DNA of 64,000 nt, taken from IMG/VR virus record IMGVR_UViG_3300005805_000058, positions 1 to 64,000 of that record. One strand, written 5' to 3'. Numbering within the stretch: position 1 is the first letter of the stretch; each line of letters begins with the position of its first letter. Of this stretch, positions 48,201-57,890 are shown one piece after another. The stretch comes from a virus. The translations under genes were made by a program, and so were the position numbers. The notes beneath the pieces are model-generated. The model made no database searches and was not told the DNA's origin. It worked only from the letters and a program-made list of their open reading frames with translations.

Positions 48201-51200
48201 AACATTAAGAGACAACACAATTGGTAGTTATAACGTAGCTTTTGGTATAGGTGCACTAAGATATAACATTTCAGGGTGTAGGAATACAGCTCTAGGTCAT
48301 TTAGCTTTACAAAATAACACTGTATCAAATAACACAGCAGTTGGTACTTGTGCTTTAAGAGCGAATACAACAGGTGTTAACAACACAGCAGTTGGTCATC
48401 AGTCCTTAGCAGTAAACACAACAGGTACAACCAACTCAGCCTTTGGTACTAATGCTTTATTGTATAACACAACGGGTACAGCAAACGCAGCTTTTGGTTC
48501 TTCAGCATTATGTAAAAATACTATAGGTGGATGTAATACAGCAGTGGGTGTTGGTAGTTTAGGTAACAATAGTACAGGTATTGTTAATACTGCTGTTGGT
48601 GCTAATGCGCTTCTTAATAACACAATAGGTATAGAAAATACTGCATTAGGCTTTGATGCATTGAGAGCTAATACCACTGCAAATGATAATACTGCAGTGG
48701 GCGTATGTGCATTAAGAGCAACAACAACAGGAGGTCTTAACACTGCTTTGGGTGCTAATGCACTCCTAGTTAACACAACAGGTTGTCAAAATGTAGCAGT
48801 GGGTGTTAACGCACTTGGAAACAATATAACTGGCATTAATAGTACTGCCGTAGGTACAAGTGCTTTACAATTTAACACAGTATCAAACAACACGGCACTT
48901 GGTTTCAGTGCATTATGCTCTAATACAACAGGTACTGGTAATACAGCAGTAGGTGCAGTGTCTTTACTTTCAAACACAACAGGATATAACAACACTGCAA
49001 TAGGCTGGTGTTCACTAAGATTAAATACTATTGGAAGTAGTAATACAGCTCTTGGTGTTGGTACACTGAGAACTAATACAACAGGTAATTGTAATTTAGC
49101 AGTTGGAAACTATAGTATGCAAGCTAATACTACAGGCTTTAGAAACGTGGCTTTAGGTCTATTTAGCTTGTTCTGTAACAGAACTGGTGCTGCAAACGTA
49201 GCAGTAGGATTGTGTTCTCAGTTTAGTGGTTATTCTAGTGTAGACAACGTAGCACTAGGTAATTACACTTTACAAAGTAACGTAACAGGTATAAGGAATA
49301 CAGCAGTAGGTAATGCAGCACTCTTTGGTAACTTAGCAAGCAATAACACTGCTGTTGGTTACAATGCAATGAGATGTAACACTACAGGAGGTTTTAATAC
49401 AGCTTTAGGACTCTGCACACTCAGAGCTAATACAATAGGTATATCTAACGTAGCAATAGGACACGCAGCTTTAAGAGACGGTACTGTAGTATCTAATAAC
49501 ATTGCTATAGGACAATACTCTCAAGTATTTAGTACAGCATGTAATAATACATCTGTTGGTCATAGAACATTGTATGCAAATACAACAGGATGTTATAATG
49601 TAGCAGTAGGTAGGTGTTCATTAGCTAGCAATACTATAGGCGTTCTTAATACTTCAGTAGGAGCAAATTCACTTCAATTTAATACTACTGGAGCTAGTAA
49701 TACTGCAGTAGGTACCTCTACACTTACTTTTAATACTACAGGTACACTTAATACAGCCGTAGGTAGGAGTGCTTTACAACAAAATACGATAGGGTTTGGA
49801 AACACAGCGGTAGGTACTTATTCATTATTTAATAACACCACTGGTAACTGTAATACAGCTGTAGGTTTACAAGCTCTATGTGTTAACACTACAGGTCAAC
49901 AAAATACAGCTGTTGGACAAGGAGCTCTTAGGTTAAACACAATAGGAGATAGTAACGTAGCTGTAGGTACTGTTGCTTTATTTAATAATACAACAGGACA
50001 GAGCAATACAGCCGTAGGTGCTTTAACACTCTGTTTAAACACAATAGGTAGAAGTAACGTTGCAGTGGGTACATTAGCACTTCGTGCTAATACAGCATCT
50101 TATAACACTGCTGTAGGATATTCAGCTTTAAGATCTAATACAACAGGAAACGTAAATACGGCAGTTGGACTTTGTGCATTAGTAGCTAATACAATAGGTA
50201 TAAGAAACACAGCAGTCGGTTCATTAGCTTTAAATGCAAATACTACAGGTAATTTTAACACTGCAACAGGATATAAAGCATTAAATGCTAATACAACAGG
50301 GTATGGAAACATTGCCATAGGCTCAGGTGCAATGAGAGATGGAAATGGTGGAAATCAGAATGTTGCTATTGGTAGATATTCAATGCTTAGTAACACAGGA
50401 TATAATAACACGGCTGTTGGTACAAGAACTTTGTATTTGAATACAACAGGTAATAGAAACACGGCTGTAGGTTTCTGTGCGTTAAGAAGTAACACGACAG
50501 GAATAAGAAACGTAGCTATTGGCTATAATGCTCTAGGTACAAATACAGCAGGAACATGTAACACTGCTATTGGCGAAAGCACTTTAATAGCAAATACCAC
50601 TGGTATTAGAAACATTGCTATTGGTACTAGAGCAGGTGCAGGTGTAACTGTAAATAGTACTATTGCAATAGGTGAAGCTTCGATGGGTTCAGCTGCAGGT
50701 GCAATAAATACTATCGGTATAGGTACGGATACTTTGAGATATAACACTGGAGCAGGTAATGTTGCAATTGGTCATTTAGCTCTTGCACCTAATACTACTG
50801 GAAATAGTAATACTGCTATTGGTACTTGCGCATTAAGGTGTAACACAATAGGTACAGAAAATACATCACTAGGTTTCTGTACATTATTCTCCAACACAAC
50901 AGGCAATTGTAACACTGCAATTGGTAGTTTAACTTTAAGATGTAACACAACAGGAGCTAACAACACAGCTGTTGGTAGAGCTGCACTAGCCGCAAATATA
51001 ACAGGTATTGGAAACACTGCTATTGGATACAAATCATCACAAAGTAATACAGCTGGATTATATAACACATCAGTAGGTAACTACTCATTAGCTAATAACT
51101 TAGCGTCATATAACACAGCAGTTGGTAATAGGGCTCTAAGAACCAATACAACAGGTTCAGTTAACGTTGCTGTTGGCTTTTGTGCTATGGCAGCTAACAC

Positions 51201-54200
51201 AATAGGTACTAGAAACGTTTCTGTAGGTGCAGGTGCACTTCAAACTAATACAACAGGTAATGATAACGTTGCTGTAGGTAATTATGCTTTGTTAATTAAT
51301 TCAGTAGGTGGTCAGAACGTAGCAGTGGGTAGAGGTGCTTTGAGATATAATACAGTTTCTACTAACACAGCAGTGGGTAGTAGAGCTTTATATTGTAATA
51401 CAACAGGTAATGGTGTTGCTATTGGATATAAAGCTTTGTTTAATAATACAATTGGTACTTCAAATACAGCAGTCGGTTTTTGTGCATTAACAGCTAACAC
51501 TACAGGTCGTCAAAATGCAGCAGTAGGATTTAATGTACTATTGGCTAATACAACAGGTGTCTACAATACAGGATTAGGAAATTGTGCTTTAGTATGTAAC
51601 ACAATTGGTGGTAGTAACACTGGTGTAGGCTTTAGAGCTTTGTTTAACAACTTAACAGGTTGTTACAACATGGGCTTTGGTGAAGATGCTTTAAATGCCA
51701 ACACAGCAGGATCTAACAACGTAGCTATTGGTAAATCCGCTTTAGGAACTAATACAGTATCAAACTTAACAGCAGTTGGATCTAGTGCTTTAAGAGCAAA
51801 CACTACAGGTACAAACAATACAGCCGTAGGTTTTGAAGCTTTGAGATATAACACAACAGGTAATCAAAACACTGCTCTAGGCAATCTAGCTCTAAGACAG
51901 AACACTACAGGTTCTTACAACATATCTATAGGTACTTGTTCAATGAGGAACAACACTGTTGGTCAATCAAACGTAGCTATAGGTAGACTTGCTTTGTATG
52001 GAAATACAATTGGTAATGGTAACATAGCTATTGGTTGTAGAGCTCTAACATCAAACACAACAGCAGAAAACAATACAGCTGTTGGTGCAAACGCATTAAG
52101 AACTAATACCACAGGTGTATTTAACATAGCTATTGGTTCATCTGCATTATGTCTCAATGATGTAGGTGGTCGTAATGTTGCTGTTGGATATGGTTCATTA
52201 CAAGTTAATACAGCAACTGGTAATACTGCTCTTGGTTTTAGAAGTTTAGTTGGTAATACTACAGGTACTGGTAACACAGCAGTAGGATACTGTTCATTAG
52301 GAGCAAATACAATAGGTACTAATAACACAGCAGTTGGCGTTAGAGCTCTTCTTGCAAATACGACAGGAGAGCATAACACAGCAATTGGTCAGTGTGCTTT
52401 ATTGTCAAATACAATTGGAAACAGTAATGTAGCAGTAGGTCATAGAGCATTAATGTGTAATACTACAGGCGCGAGTAACGTAGCAGTAGGTAGGTATAGC
52501 TCATACTCAAATACAGTAGGTACAAATAATACTTCATTAGGTCATTTTAGTCTATTATGTAACACAGCATCAAACAACACAGCAATAGGTTTCTGTACTT
52601 TAAGGACTAATACCACTGGTACATATAATGTGGCAATAGGACACCGTTCTTTAGGCTTAAACACTACAGGAACTAGTAATAACTCTCTTGGTGCATTTTC
52701 TTTATTTAGAAATACTACAGGTGTAGGTAATGTAGCAATAGGTACTAGTGCATTAGAATTTAATACAGTTGGAGTTTGTAATATTGCTATTGGAAATGCT
52801 GCTCTATATTCAAATGATTCAGGAAATAACAACACTGCTATTGGAATATTTGCACTACGAGCTAACACAGCATCTAACAATACAGCAGTAGGCTTTTGTG
52901 CGTTGAGATTTAATACTACTGGTACATACAACGTAGCAGTTGGTAGAAATGCTTTACGAGATAATACGACAGGTGTTCGAAATACTGCATTAGGAAGTAG
53001 TGCGTTAGCTCCTAACACAACAGCGTCTGATAACGTTGCGTTAGGATTTCAAACGTTAGTAAGTTCAGTAACTGGAGGATGTAATGTAGCAGTAGGATCA
53101 AATTCTCTTGTATATAATACAGGAGGTTCAAATAATACAGCTGTAGGTCATCAATCACTATTCTGCAACACAGCATCAAATAACACAGCAGTCGGTTTTT
53201 GTGCATTAAGAAGTAATACAACAGGATGTAGAAACACAGCTGTAGGATACCGTACGTTAACAACAAATACAATAGGCTATAGAAACGTTGGTGTAGGTGA
53301 TAGAGCACTTTTTGCAAATACAACAGGTAATGACAACAATGCAGTAGGTGTTTATGCTCTATTCTGTAATACAACAGGTATAAGAAACGTAGCAATAGGA
53401 ACTGGAGCCATGTTTAACAACATAGGCGGTAGTTTTAATATGGCAATGGGCTTTAACTCGCTATGTACAAACACAGCAGGTAGTAATAATATAGGAATAG
53501 GTTTCTATGCTTTAGGTTCTAACACAGCATCTAACAACGTAGCTGTAGGATTTTGTGCATTAAGAAACAATACAACTGGTACAAGTAATGTAGCGGTAGG
53601 ATTTAGAGCATTAATAAATAATACAACAGGTCTTGTAAACACTGCTTTAGGTAATAATGCAGCCCAAGGAAATACTACAGGTTACAACAACACTGCTTTA
53701 GGTAGTGAAGCTTTAAAATACAATTCAGTAGGTCTTAGTAACACCGCTGTAGGTTCTTCTGCTTTGTTAAATAATACCGCTTCTAATAATACAGCTATTG
53801 GTGCTAGTGCATTAGCATGTAACACTACAGGTACTTGTAATACAGCTGTTGGTATAGCAGCATTAAGAAGTAATACCACTGGTATTGTAAATTCAGCTTT
53901 TGGTTCTCAAGCTCTATATAGTAATACAACAGGATATTCAAACTCAGCATTTGGACAAGGTGCTTTAAGATGTAACGCTACAGGTGTCAACAACACAGCT
54001 GTAGGTAGAGAAGCAATGCAGTGTAATGTAAACGGTAGGTGTAATGTAGCTGTAGGTAATCTTGCGCTAAGTTGTAATATTACAGGATGTAACAATACAG
54101 CTATAGGAGTTTATTCTTTATTCTTAAATACAGCATCTAATAACACGGCAGTTGGTTTCTGTTCATTGAGAAATAATACTACTGGAACATTTAATACCGC

Positions 54201-57200
54201 TGTAGGACATTTAGCATTACGCTCTAATACAACAGGTGCTTGTAATACAGGTGTTGGATATTTAACTTTATTATATAATACTGGAAATAACAATACAGGA
54301 CTAGGAACTTCAGTATTAAGATATAATACAACAGGGATAAACAATACAGCAGTAGGTACAGCTGCGTTATTTTCTAATACCTTTGGAGAAAGAAACACTG
54401 CAGTAGGGTATGCTACTTTAGCTTGCAATACAACAGGTATTTCTAATGTAGCTGTAGGTTCTAGTGCTCTTCGTTTAAATACAATAGGAATTGATAACGT
54501 AGCTGTGGGTAGTGGTGCTCTCAACTGTAACACTACTGGTAATTGTAATATAGCAGTTGGAGGTGGTGCTTTATACTTTAACACTACAGGTACTAATAAC
54601 ATTGGTGTAGGTAGAGCTGCTCTTTCAAGAAACACGTACGGTAACTTCAATACAGCGTTAGGTTATCTTGCAATGTTCTGTAACACAACTGGTGTTAATA
54701 ACGTAGCTATTGGACGTGCTGCTATGAGAGTAAACCTCAATGGTTGTAATAACGTTGCGTTAGGTAACGTAGCATTATGTAGTAACACCACTGGTAATTA
54801 TAACGTTGCAATTGGTAGCTGTGCATTATTTTCTTCTAACTTTGGTTCAACATCTGCAAGCGCAAATGTTGCTGTTGGTTATAGATCATTAGCAACTAAC
54901 ACTACAGGTGGATGTAACACAGGTTTGGGTACAAGAACTCTTGAATCAAACAGCACAGGTACAAGTAATACGGCTATTGGTATATGTTCTTTGAGACTCA
55001 ACTCAATTGGTTTCAATAACACTAGTGTTGGTGCTAACTCAATGGTGTTTAATACGACAGGTGCTGGTAATACAGCAGTGGGTGTATCTGCTCTTAGGAC
55101 TAATACAATAGGTGCAGGTAATACAGCAGTGGGAGTTACAGCATTGTTTGGTAATACAACTGGTGGTTGTAATGTAGCTATTGGTAACAATGCAATGAGA
55201 CTAAACACTGTAGGTACTAGTAACGTTGCAGTGGGTTATCTTTCTCTTTATGCTAACACAGCCTCAAATAATACAGCTATTGGTTTCTGTTCTTTAAGGA
55301 ATAACACAACAGGTACAGATAACATAGCTGTAGGCTGTGGTGCTTTAGCAACAAACACAACAGGTGTATCAAACACAGCTGTAGGTCTAAATGCATTAAG
55401 ATATTCAACAGCCTCAAATAATACAGCAATTGGTCATAGATCTTTGTGGTCTAATACCACAGGTACCAATAACACAGGTGTTGGTTTTTGTTCATTAGGA
55501 AGCAACACAATAGGAGTTAATAACACATCAGTAGGACAAAGTGCTCTAAGAAGTAACACAACAGGAAACTTTAACACAGCTATTGGTGATCAAGCATTAT
55601 GTAAAAATACTACTGCTTCAAACAATACAGCTTTAGGAGCAGCAGCATTATATACTAATACAACTGGATGCAAAAATACAGGACTTGGTAGAGCTGCATT
55701 AGAACAAAATATTGTAGGTAATTATAACACAGCAGTAGGTCATTATTCTTTGCAACTCAATATAGCATCAAACAACACAGCAGTTGGTTTTTGTGCTTTA
55801 AGAAATAACACTACAGGTACACTTAACGTTGCAATAGGAGTTAATTCTTTATGTGCTAATACTACAGGTTATCAAATAACTGCTGTAGGTGTTAATGCTT
55901 TAAAAAACAATACAGTATCATATTCAACTGCTTTTGGTTGGGGTGCTTTAGCAGCTAATTCGATAGGTACAAACAATACAGGTATTGGTAGAGCAGCTTT
56001 ATATGCTAACACTTCAGGTGCTTGTAACACAGCAGTTGGTAATAATACATTACTTTGCAATACAATTGGAGTAAATAATACAGCATTAGGTACATTTGCT
56101 CTTTGTACTAACACAGTATCTAATAACACAGCTATAGGTTTTAGTTCATTAAGACTTAACACTACAGGTACCAATAATACAGCAATTGGTAGTCAGGCAG
56201 GAGGTGGTAATACTACAGGTAACAGTAACGTATCTCTAGGTTACAAAGCACTCACTTCAAATCAAGTGGGTAACAATAACGTAGCTATAGGTGCTTGTTC
56301 TCTAGCATTAAATACTGCTACAAATAACACTGCTATAGGCTACTTTAGTTTAAGAGCTAATACAACAGGTACAAATAACACTGCTTTAGGTATAAATGCA
56401 TTATGTGCTAATACAAGTGCTACTGATAACACAGGTATTGGATTTGGAGCATTAAGAAATGCTACTACAGGTTGTCGTAATGTGGCAGTAGGTGCTTATT
56501 CTCTTGGAACAAATGTAACAGGTATCTATAATGTTGCTGTAGGTAGAGCAGCTTTGTTTAATAGTACCGTAAGTGGGTTAGTGGCAGTGGGTGGTAATGC
56601 ACTTAGATCTAATACCACAGGAGTTGCAAATACTGCTATAGGTAGTGATGCTTTGTATTCAAATGTGGTAGGAGTAAATAATACAGCATTAGGATATAAT
56701 TCATTAAGATCAAATACAGCATCTAATAATACGGCTATTGGATTCTGTTCTCTCAGAGCTAATACAACAGCAATAGCTAATACGGCTGTAGGTGCTTGTG
56801 CTCTACTTAGCACCACTACAGGATCTAATAACGTAGCGTTAGGTACAAGTGCTCTTAGACTGAACACCACTGGTGAACGTAACATTGCAATTGGTGTAAA
56901 TGCACATTGTACAAGTACAATAAACTACAACAACGTAGCTATTGGTCATGCTTCTCTAAGATCTAATTACGGTACATACGCAAATAATAACACAGCTGTA
57001 GGTGCTTACACGTTGTATGCAAACACTACAAATTCATCAAACTCAGCGTTTGGTGCTAGTGTTTTGAAATGTAACACAGCTTTTGGTAACTCAGGCTTTG
57101 GTAGTGCAACGCTTCTTGCTAACACAACAGGTACATGTAACTCAGGATTTGGTCTAGCAGCTCTTAGATTTAACACCACTGGTGGAGATAACACGGCTAT

Positions 57201-57867
57201 GGGTGCGTGTGCTTTGTATTGTAACACAACAGGGGGCCTTAATACAGCACTAGGTGGTTGGGCATTAAGATGTAATACTACAGGGGGACAAAATACAGCT
57301 GTAGGATTTAGTGCTCTTTTAACAAATGTTACAGGAATAAACAACGTAGCTGTTGGTTTTAATGCACAATGTAGTGTAAACGCAAGTCTTGTAAATACAA
57401 TAGCTGTTGGTTGTGGTGCAAACACTAGTGCTAATAACAATCACACTGTTTGGGGTAACTCAGGACACACATGTCATTGTATTTGGGGAACTTGGACAGA
57501 CCAATCTGACTGCAGGGATAAAACAAACATCAAGACTCTTCCTGATTCACTTGGTTTACAGTTTGTTAAGAAACTCAGACCAGTTGTATTTAACTGGGAT
57601 TTCAGAGATAGATATGTTAGAGAGTGTGGATTTGAATATGGTAAGAAAGACGGAACACTTGTAGGTGATAAAGAACAATACGGACTTATTGCTCAAGAAG
57701 TTAAGTCAGTTATTGAGGAATTAGATGTTAAGTTTGATGCTCTTGGATACACTGAAGAACATGATGCTTACAGATTAGCTTACGATCACTTCATTCCATC
57801 TTTGATTAAAGCTGTACAAGAGTTAGAAAAAAGAGTGAGTGATCTAGAAGAAAAGTTGGATAGTTAA
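42235..57867 (+). CDS. Giant trimeric tail fibre/adhesin (5210 aa) with a C-terminal intramolecular chaperone (peptidase S74)
   Basis: N-terminal attachment module and fibre repeats (LTGD, VTV..KG.VT, TINGV.YDLSANR.W); G-T-S triplet repeats; 14-aa N(T/V)A(V/I/L)G..(A/S)L..NT.G YadA-head-like repeats; SD.R.K.NI...L..V.KLRPV.F.W...GLIAQEV...LIKAVQEL at the end. Confidence 0.9.
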   Translation: MEVTCGATPCPVILNSTCVFYEGANLVYTGINTNDNLQTALQKIDAKFQDAGIGYIFQNGIIQTAPGQPVKLGGSLVENTIINSAGYTFELTGTIESAAFITSGGTSSDFVKGDGSLDSTSYQPAGNYITGLTGDGTASGPGNVPFTLATVNANPGTYGSSTLIPVVTVNGKGLVTNVTTTAISVPSGTIILQGDVSGVGTTGVPLTTTLATVNANVYGVNTPLKFAVNAKGLVTSAAPLTAADIITILGYTPVPSTRTITINGVTYDLSANRTWSVGTVTSVQLSLPSAFSVTTPPITSSGTINVVATGTSAQYIRGDGTIGNFSVGTSGTSGTSGTSATSGTSGTTGTSGSSGTSGTSATSGTSGLSGDRFATTSSDTFTLGNAGTLTVDPALSYTVGQSIVVAFDATNYQECVVISYNSITGALQFGAPSLTVGSGTYSAWVVNLDGATGGDGSSGTSGTTGTSGTSGTSGTSATSGTSGTSGTTGTSGSSGTSATDGTSGTSGTTGTSGTTGTSGTTGTSGTSGSSGSSGSSGSSGTSATDGTGGTSGTSGTTGSSGTSGTTGTSGTSGSSGTDGTSGTSGTSATSGTSGTTGTSGTSGSTGTSGTSGTSGSSGTSATDGTGGTSGTSGTSGSSGTTGTSGTSGSSGTSATDGTSGTSGSTGTSGTSGTSGTSGTTGTSGTSGLSGDRYATTSSTTYTLQNPGNTGTITVDPYLAYTVGQSIIIAYDATNYQEAEVTSYNSGTGSLSFTTVTKVGSGTYSSWQVNLDGATGGNGTDGTSGTSGTSATSGTSGTSGSSGTSGTTGTSGSSGTSATSGTSATSGTSGTTGTSGTTGTSGTSGTTGTSGTTGTSGSSGTSATSGTSGTSATDGTGGTSGTSGTTGTSGSSGTSATSGSSGTSATSGTSGTSGTNGSAGTSGTSGTTGTSGTSGTSGTAGSPGTSGTSGTSGTTGTSGTSGTNGSAGTSGTSGTSGSSGTSGTNGTGGTSGTTGTSGTSGTTGTSGTSGTSGTNGTGGTSGTTGTSGSSGTSGSSGTSGTTGTSGTSATSGTSGTTGTSGTSGANGTNGTSGTSATSGTSGSSATSGTSGTTGTSGTSGTSATSGTSGTSGTTGTSGSSGSSGTSATSGTSGTTGTSGSSGTSGTTGTSGSSGLSGDRFATTSSSTYTLQAAGNTGTITVGTGLAYTVGQSIIIVYDINNYQEAEVTSYNPGTGSLSFNTITQVGSGTYSSWTVNLDGATGGDGSSGTSGTTGTSGTSGTSGTTGTSGSSGTSGTTGTSGSSGSSGTSATSGTSATSGTSGTNGTGGTSGTSGTAGTSGTSGTTGTSGTSGSSGVNGTNGTSGTSGSSGTTGTSGTTGTSGSSGTAGTSGTSGTTGTSGTSGTNGSAGTSGTSGTTGTSGTSGTSGTNGTGGTSGTSGTSGTTGTSGSSGTSGTSGTTGTSGTSGSSGSSGSSGTSVAVAGTQEYIVKFTSATTIGDSLTCQKANGDLCVNLTGGVGVDVGKGGGSVATNTAIGNSALVNNTTGTSNLAVGYKALCSNTIGGANTAIGVSSLTSNTTGASNTSVGVSSMTGNTTGTQNSAFGANALRCNITGILNVAVGFNALFANTGGIRNVAVGNSALGNNTIGTNNTAVGDYALLANTTSNNTAVGNNALRCNTIGTRNVAVGVNALLSNTTGNNNTAIGYQTMCANTYGFNNTSIGHGALRNNTTGTQNTAVGLHALQCSTTANCNTALGFYALRVNTTGSQNTAVGWCALVSNLGGTHNVAVGINALRSNTYGLRNVAVGEGALTSNLGSYNVGVGRAALSANTTGSGNVAVGRNAAASNTIGFGNVAVGDQSLANATTACYNTAVGSTALQATTTGANNTAVGFCSLRNNTTGAGNAAVGRSSLQSNTIGFSNAALGSYSLYKNTTGQSNTAVGASSLENNTTGIRNVAVGSLALQQNIIGSSNTALGFSALQCNTTSNNTAVGFCTLRSNTTGTQNVSVGSETLRDNTIGSYNVAFGIGALRYNISGCRNTALGHLALQNNTVSNNTAVGTCALRANTTGVNNTAVGHQSLAVNTTGTTNSAFGTNALLYNTTGTANAAFGSSALCKNTIGGCNTAVGVGSLGNNSTGIVNTAVGANALLNNTIGIENTALGFDALRANTTANDNTAVGVCALRATTTGGLNTALGANALLVNTTGCQNVAVGVNALGNNITGINSTAVGTSALQFNTVSNNTALGFSALCSNTTGTGNTAVGAVSLLSNTTGYNNTAIGWCSLRLNTIGSSNTALGVGTLRTNTTGNCNLAVGNYSMQANTTGFRNVALGLFSLFCNRTGAANVAVGLCSQFSGYSSVDNVALGNYTLQSNVTGIRNTAVGNAALFGNLASNNTAVGYNAMRCNTTGGFNTALGLCTLRANTIGISNVAIGHAALRDGTVVSNNIAIGQYSQVFSTACNNTSVGHRTLYANTTGCYNVAVGRCSLASNTIGVLNTSVGANSLQFNTTGASNTAVGTSTLTFNTTGTLNTAVGRSALQQNTIGFGNTAVGTYSLFNNTTGNCNTAVGLQALCVNTTGQQNTAVGQGALRLNTIGDSNVAVGTVALFNNTTGQSNTAVGALTLCLNTIGRSNVAVGTLALRANTASYNTAVGYSALRSNTTGNVNTAVGLCALVANTIGIRNTAVGSLALNANTTGNFNTATGYKALNANTTGYGNIAIGSGAMRDGNGGNQNVAIGRYSMLSNTGYNNTAVGTRTLYLNTTGNRNTAVGFCALRSNTTGIRNVAIGYNALGTNTAGTCNTAIGESTLIANTTGIRNIAIGTRAGAGVTVNSTIAIGEASMGSAAGAINTIGIGTDTLRYNTGAGNVAIGHLALAPNTTGNSNTAIGTCALRCNTIGTENTSLGFCTLFSNTTGNCNTAIGSLTLRCNTTGANNTAVGRAALAANITGIGNTAIGYKSSQSNTAGLYNTSVGNYSLANNLASYNTAVGNRALRTNTTGSVNVAVGFCAMAANTIGTRNVSVGAGALQTNTTGNDNVAVGNYALLINSVGGQNVAVGRGALRYNTVSTNTAVGSRALYCNTTGNGVAIGYKALFNNTIGTSNTAVGFCALTANTTGRQNAAVGFNVLLANTTGVYNTGLGNCALVCNTIGGSNTGVGFRALFNNLTGCYNMGFGEDALNANTAGSNNVAIGKSALGTNTVSNLTAVGSSALRANTTGTNNTAVGFEALRYNTTGNQNTALGNLALRQNTTGSYNISIGTCSMRNNTVGQSNVAIGRLALYGNTIGNGNIAIGCRALTSNTTAENNTAVGANALRTNTTGVFNIAIGSSALCLNDVGGRNVAVGYGSLQVNTATGNTALGFRSLVGNTTGTGNTAVGYCSLGANTIGTNNTAVGVRALLANTTGEHNTAIGQCALLSNTIGNSNVAVGHRALMCNTTGASNVAVGRYSSYSNTVGTNNTSLGHFSLLCNTASNNTAIGFCTLRTNTTGTYNVAIGHRSLGLNTTGTSNNSLGAFSLFRNTTGVGNVAIGTSALEFNTVGVCNIAIGNAALYSNDSGNNNTAIGIFALRANTASNNTAVGFCALRFNTTGTYNVAVGRNALRDNTTGVRNTALGSSALAPNTTASDNVALGFQTLVSSVTGGCNVAVGSNSLVYNTGGSNNTAVGHQSLFCNTASNNTAVGFCALRSNTTGCRNTAVGYRTLTTNTIGYRNVGVGDRALFANTTGNDNNAVGVYALFCNTTGIRNVAIGTGAMFNNIGGSFNMAMGFNSLCTNTAGSNNIGIGFYALGSNTASNNVAVGFCALRNNTTGTSNVAVGFRALINNTTGLVNTALGNNAAQGNTTGYNNTALGSEALKYNSVGLSNTAVGSSALLNNTASNNTAIGASALACNTTGTCNTAVGIAALRSNTTGIVNSAFGSQALYSNTTGYSNSAFGQGALRCNATGVNNTAVGREAMQCNVNGRCNVAVGNLALSCNITGCNNTAIGVYSLFLNTASNNTAVGFCSLRNNTTGTFNTAVGHLALRSNTTGACNTGVGYLTLLYNTGNNNTGLGTSVLRYNTTGINNTAVGTAALFSNTFGERNTAVGYATLACNTTGISNVAVGSSALRLNTIGIDNVAVGSGALNCNTTGNCNIAVGGGALYFNTTGTNNIGVGRAALSRNTYGNFNTALGYLAMFCNTTGVNNVAIGRAAMRVNLNGCNNVALGNVALCSNTTGNYNVAIGSCALFSSNFGSTSASANVAVGYRSLATNTTGGCNTGLGTRTLESNSTGTSNTAIGICSLRLNSIGFNNTSVGANSMVFNTTGAGNTAVGVSALRTNTIGAGNTAVGVTALFGNTTGGCNVAIGNNAMRLNTVGTSNVAVGYLSLYANTASNNTAIGFCSLRNNTTGTDNIAVGCGALATNTTGVSNTAVGLNALRYSTASNNTAIGHRSLWSNTTGTNNTGVGFCSLGSNTIGVNNTSVGQSALRSNTTGNFNTAIGDQALCKNTTASNNTALGAAALYTNTTGCKNTGLGRAALEQNIVGNYNTAVGHYSLQLNIASNNTAVGFCALRNNTTGTLNVAIGVNSLCANTTGYQITAVGVNALKNNTVSYSTAFGWGALAANSIGTNNTGIGRAALYANTSGACNTAVGNNTLLCNTIGVNNTALGTFALCTNTVSNNTAIGFSSLRLNTTGTNNTAIGSQAGGGNTTGNSNVSLGYKALTSNQVGNNNVAIGACSLALNTATNNTAIGYFSLRANTTGTNNTALGINALCANTSATDNTGIGFGALRNATTGCRNVAVGAYSLGTNVTGIYNVAVGRAALFNSTVSGLVAVGGNALRSNTTGVANTAIGSDALYSNVVGVNNTALGYNSLRSNTASNNTAIGFCSLRANTTAIANTAVGACALLSTTTGSNNVALGTSALRLNTTGERNIAIGVNAHCTSTINYNNVAIGHASLRSNYGTYANNNTAVGAYTLYANTTNSSNSAFGASVLKCNTAFGNSGFGSATLLANTTGTCNSGFGLAALRFNTTGGDNTAMGACALYCNTTGGLNTALGGWALRCNTTGGQNTAVGFSALLTNVTGINNVAVGFNAQCSVNASLVNTIAVGCGANTSANNNHTVWGNSGHTCHCIWGTWTDQSDCRDKTNIKTLPDSLGLQFVKKLRPVVFNWDFRDRYVRECGFEYGKKDGTLVGDKEQYGLIAQEVKSVIEELDVKFDALGYTEEHDAYRLAYDHFIPSLIKAVQELEKRVSDLEEKLDS
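43216..46600 (+). repeat. Gly-X-Y (GTS/GTT/GSS) triplet repeat region interrupted by three copies of an ~85-aa domain
   Basis: Degenerate 9-nt GGN-ACN-(AGT/TCN) repeats. Domain copies SGDR(F/Y)ATTSS...LAYTVGQSI...NYQE..V.SYN..TG.L.F...GSGTYS.W.VNLDGATG lie at about 43339-43593, 44299-44560 and 45697-45957. Confidence 0.9.
46760..57450 (+). repeat. ~42-nt (14-aa) degenerate YadA-head-like repeat array, about 10.7 kb
   Basis: Recurring AAY-ACW-GCW-GTW-GGT and AAY-ACW-ACA-GGT; translation NTAVGxxALxxNTTG with frequent Cys. Confidence 0.9.
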
Positions 57868-57886
57868 TTAAAAGTTGGTAGTTTTG
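57855..57886 (+). promoter_or_regulatory. Bacteroidota-type promoter for the modification cluster
   Basis: GTTG (57855-57858), 20 nt, TAGTTTTG (57879-57886), 4 nt before ATG 57891. Confidence 0.5.
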
Positions 57887-57890
57887 CAGA

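Noticed and set aside
46677-57440. Many antisense ORFs with PTAVL/PVVL repeats
   Set aside because: Reverse-complement shadows of the NTAVG/NTTG repeats.
43216-57450. Possible CRISPR array or DGR template/variable repeats
   Set aside because: The repeats are in-frame and synonymously degenerate, with no constant repeat plus unique spacer layout. No reverse transcriptase or adenine-specific repeat pair was seen.
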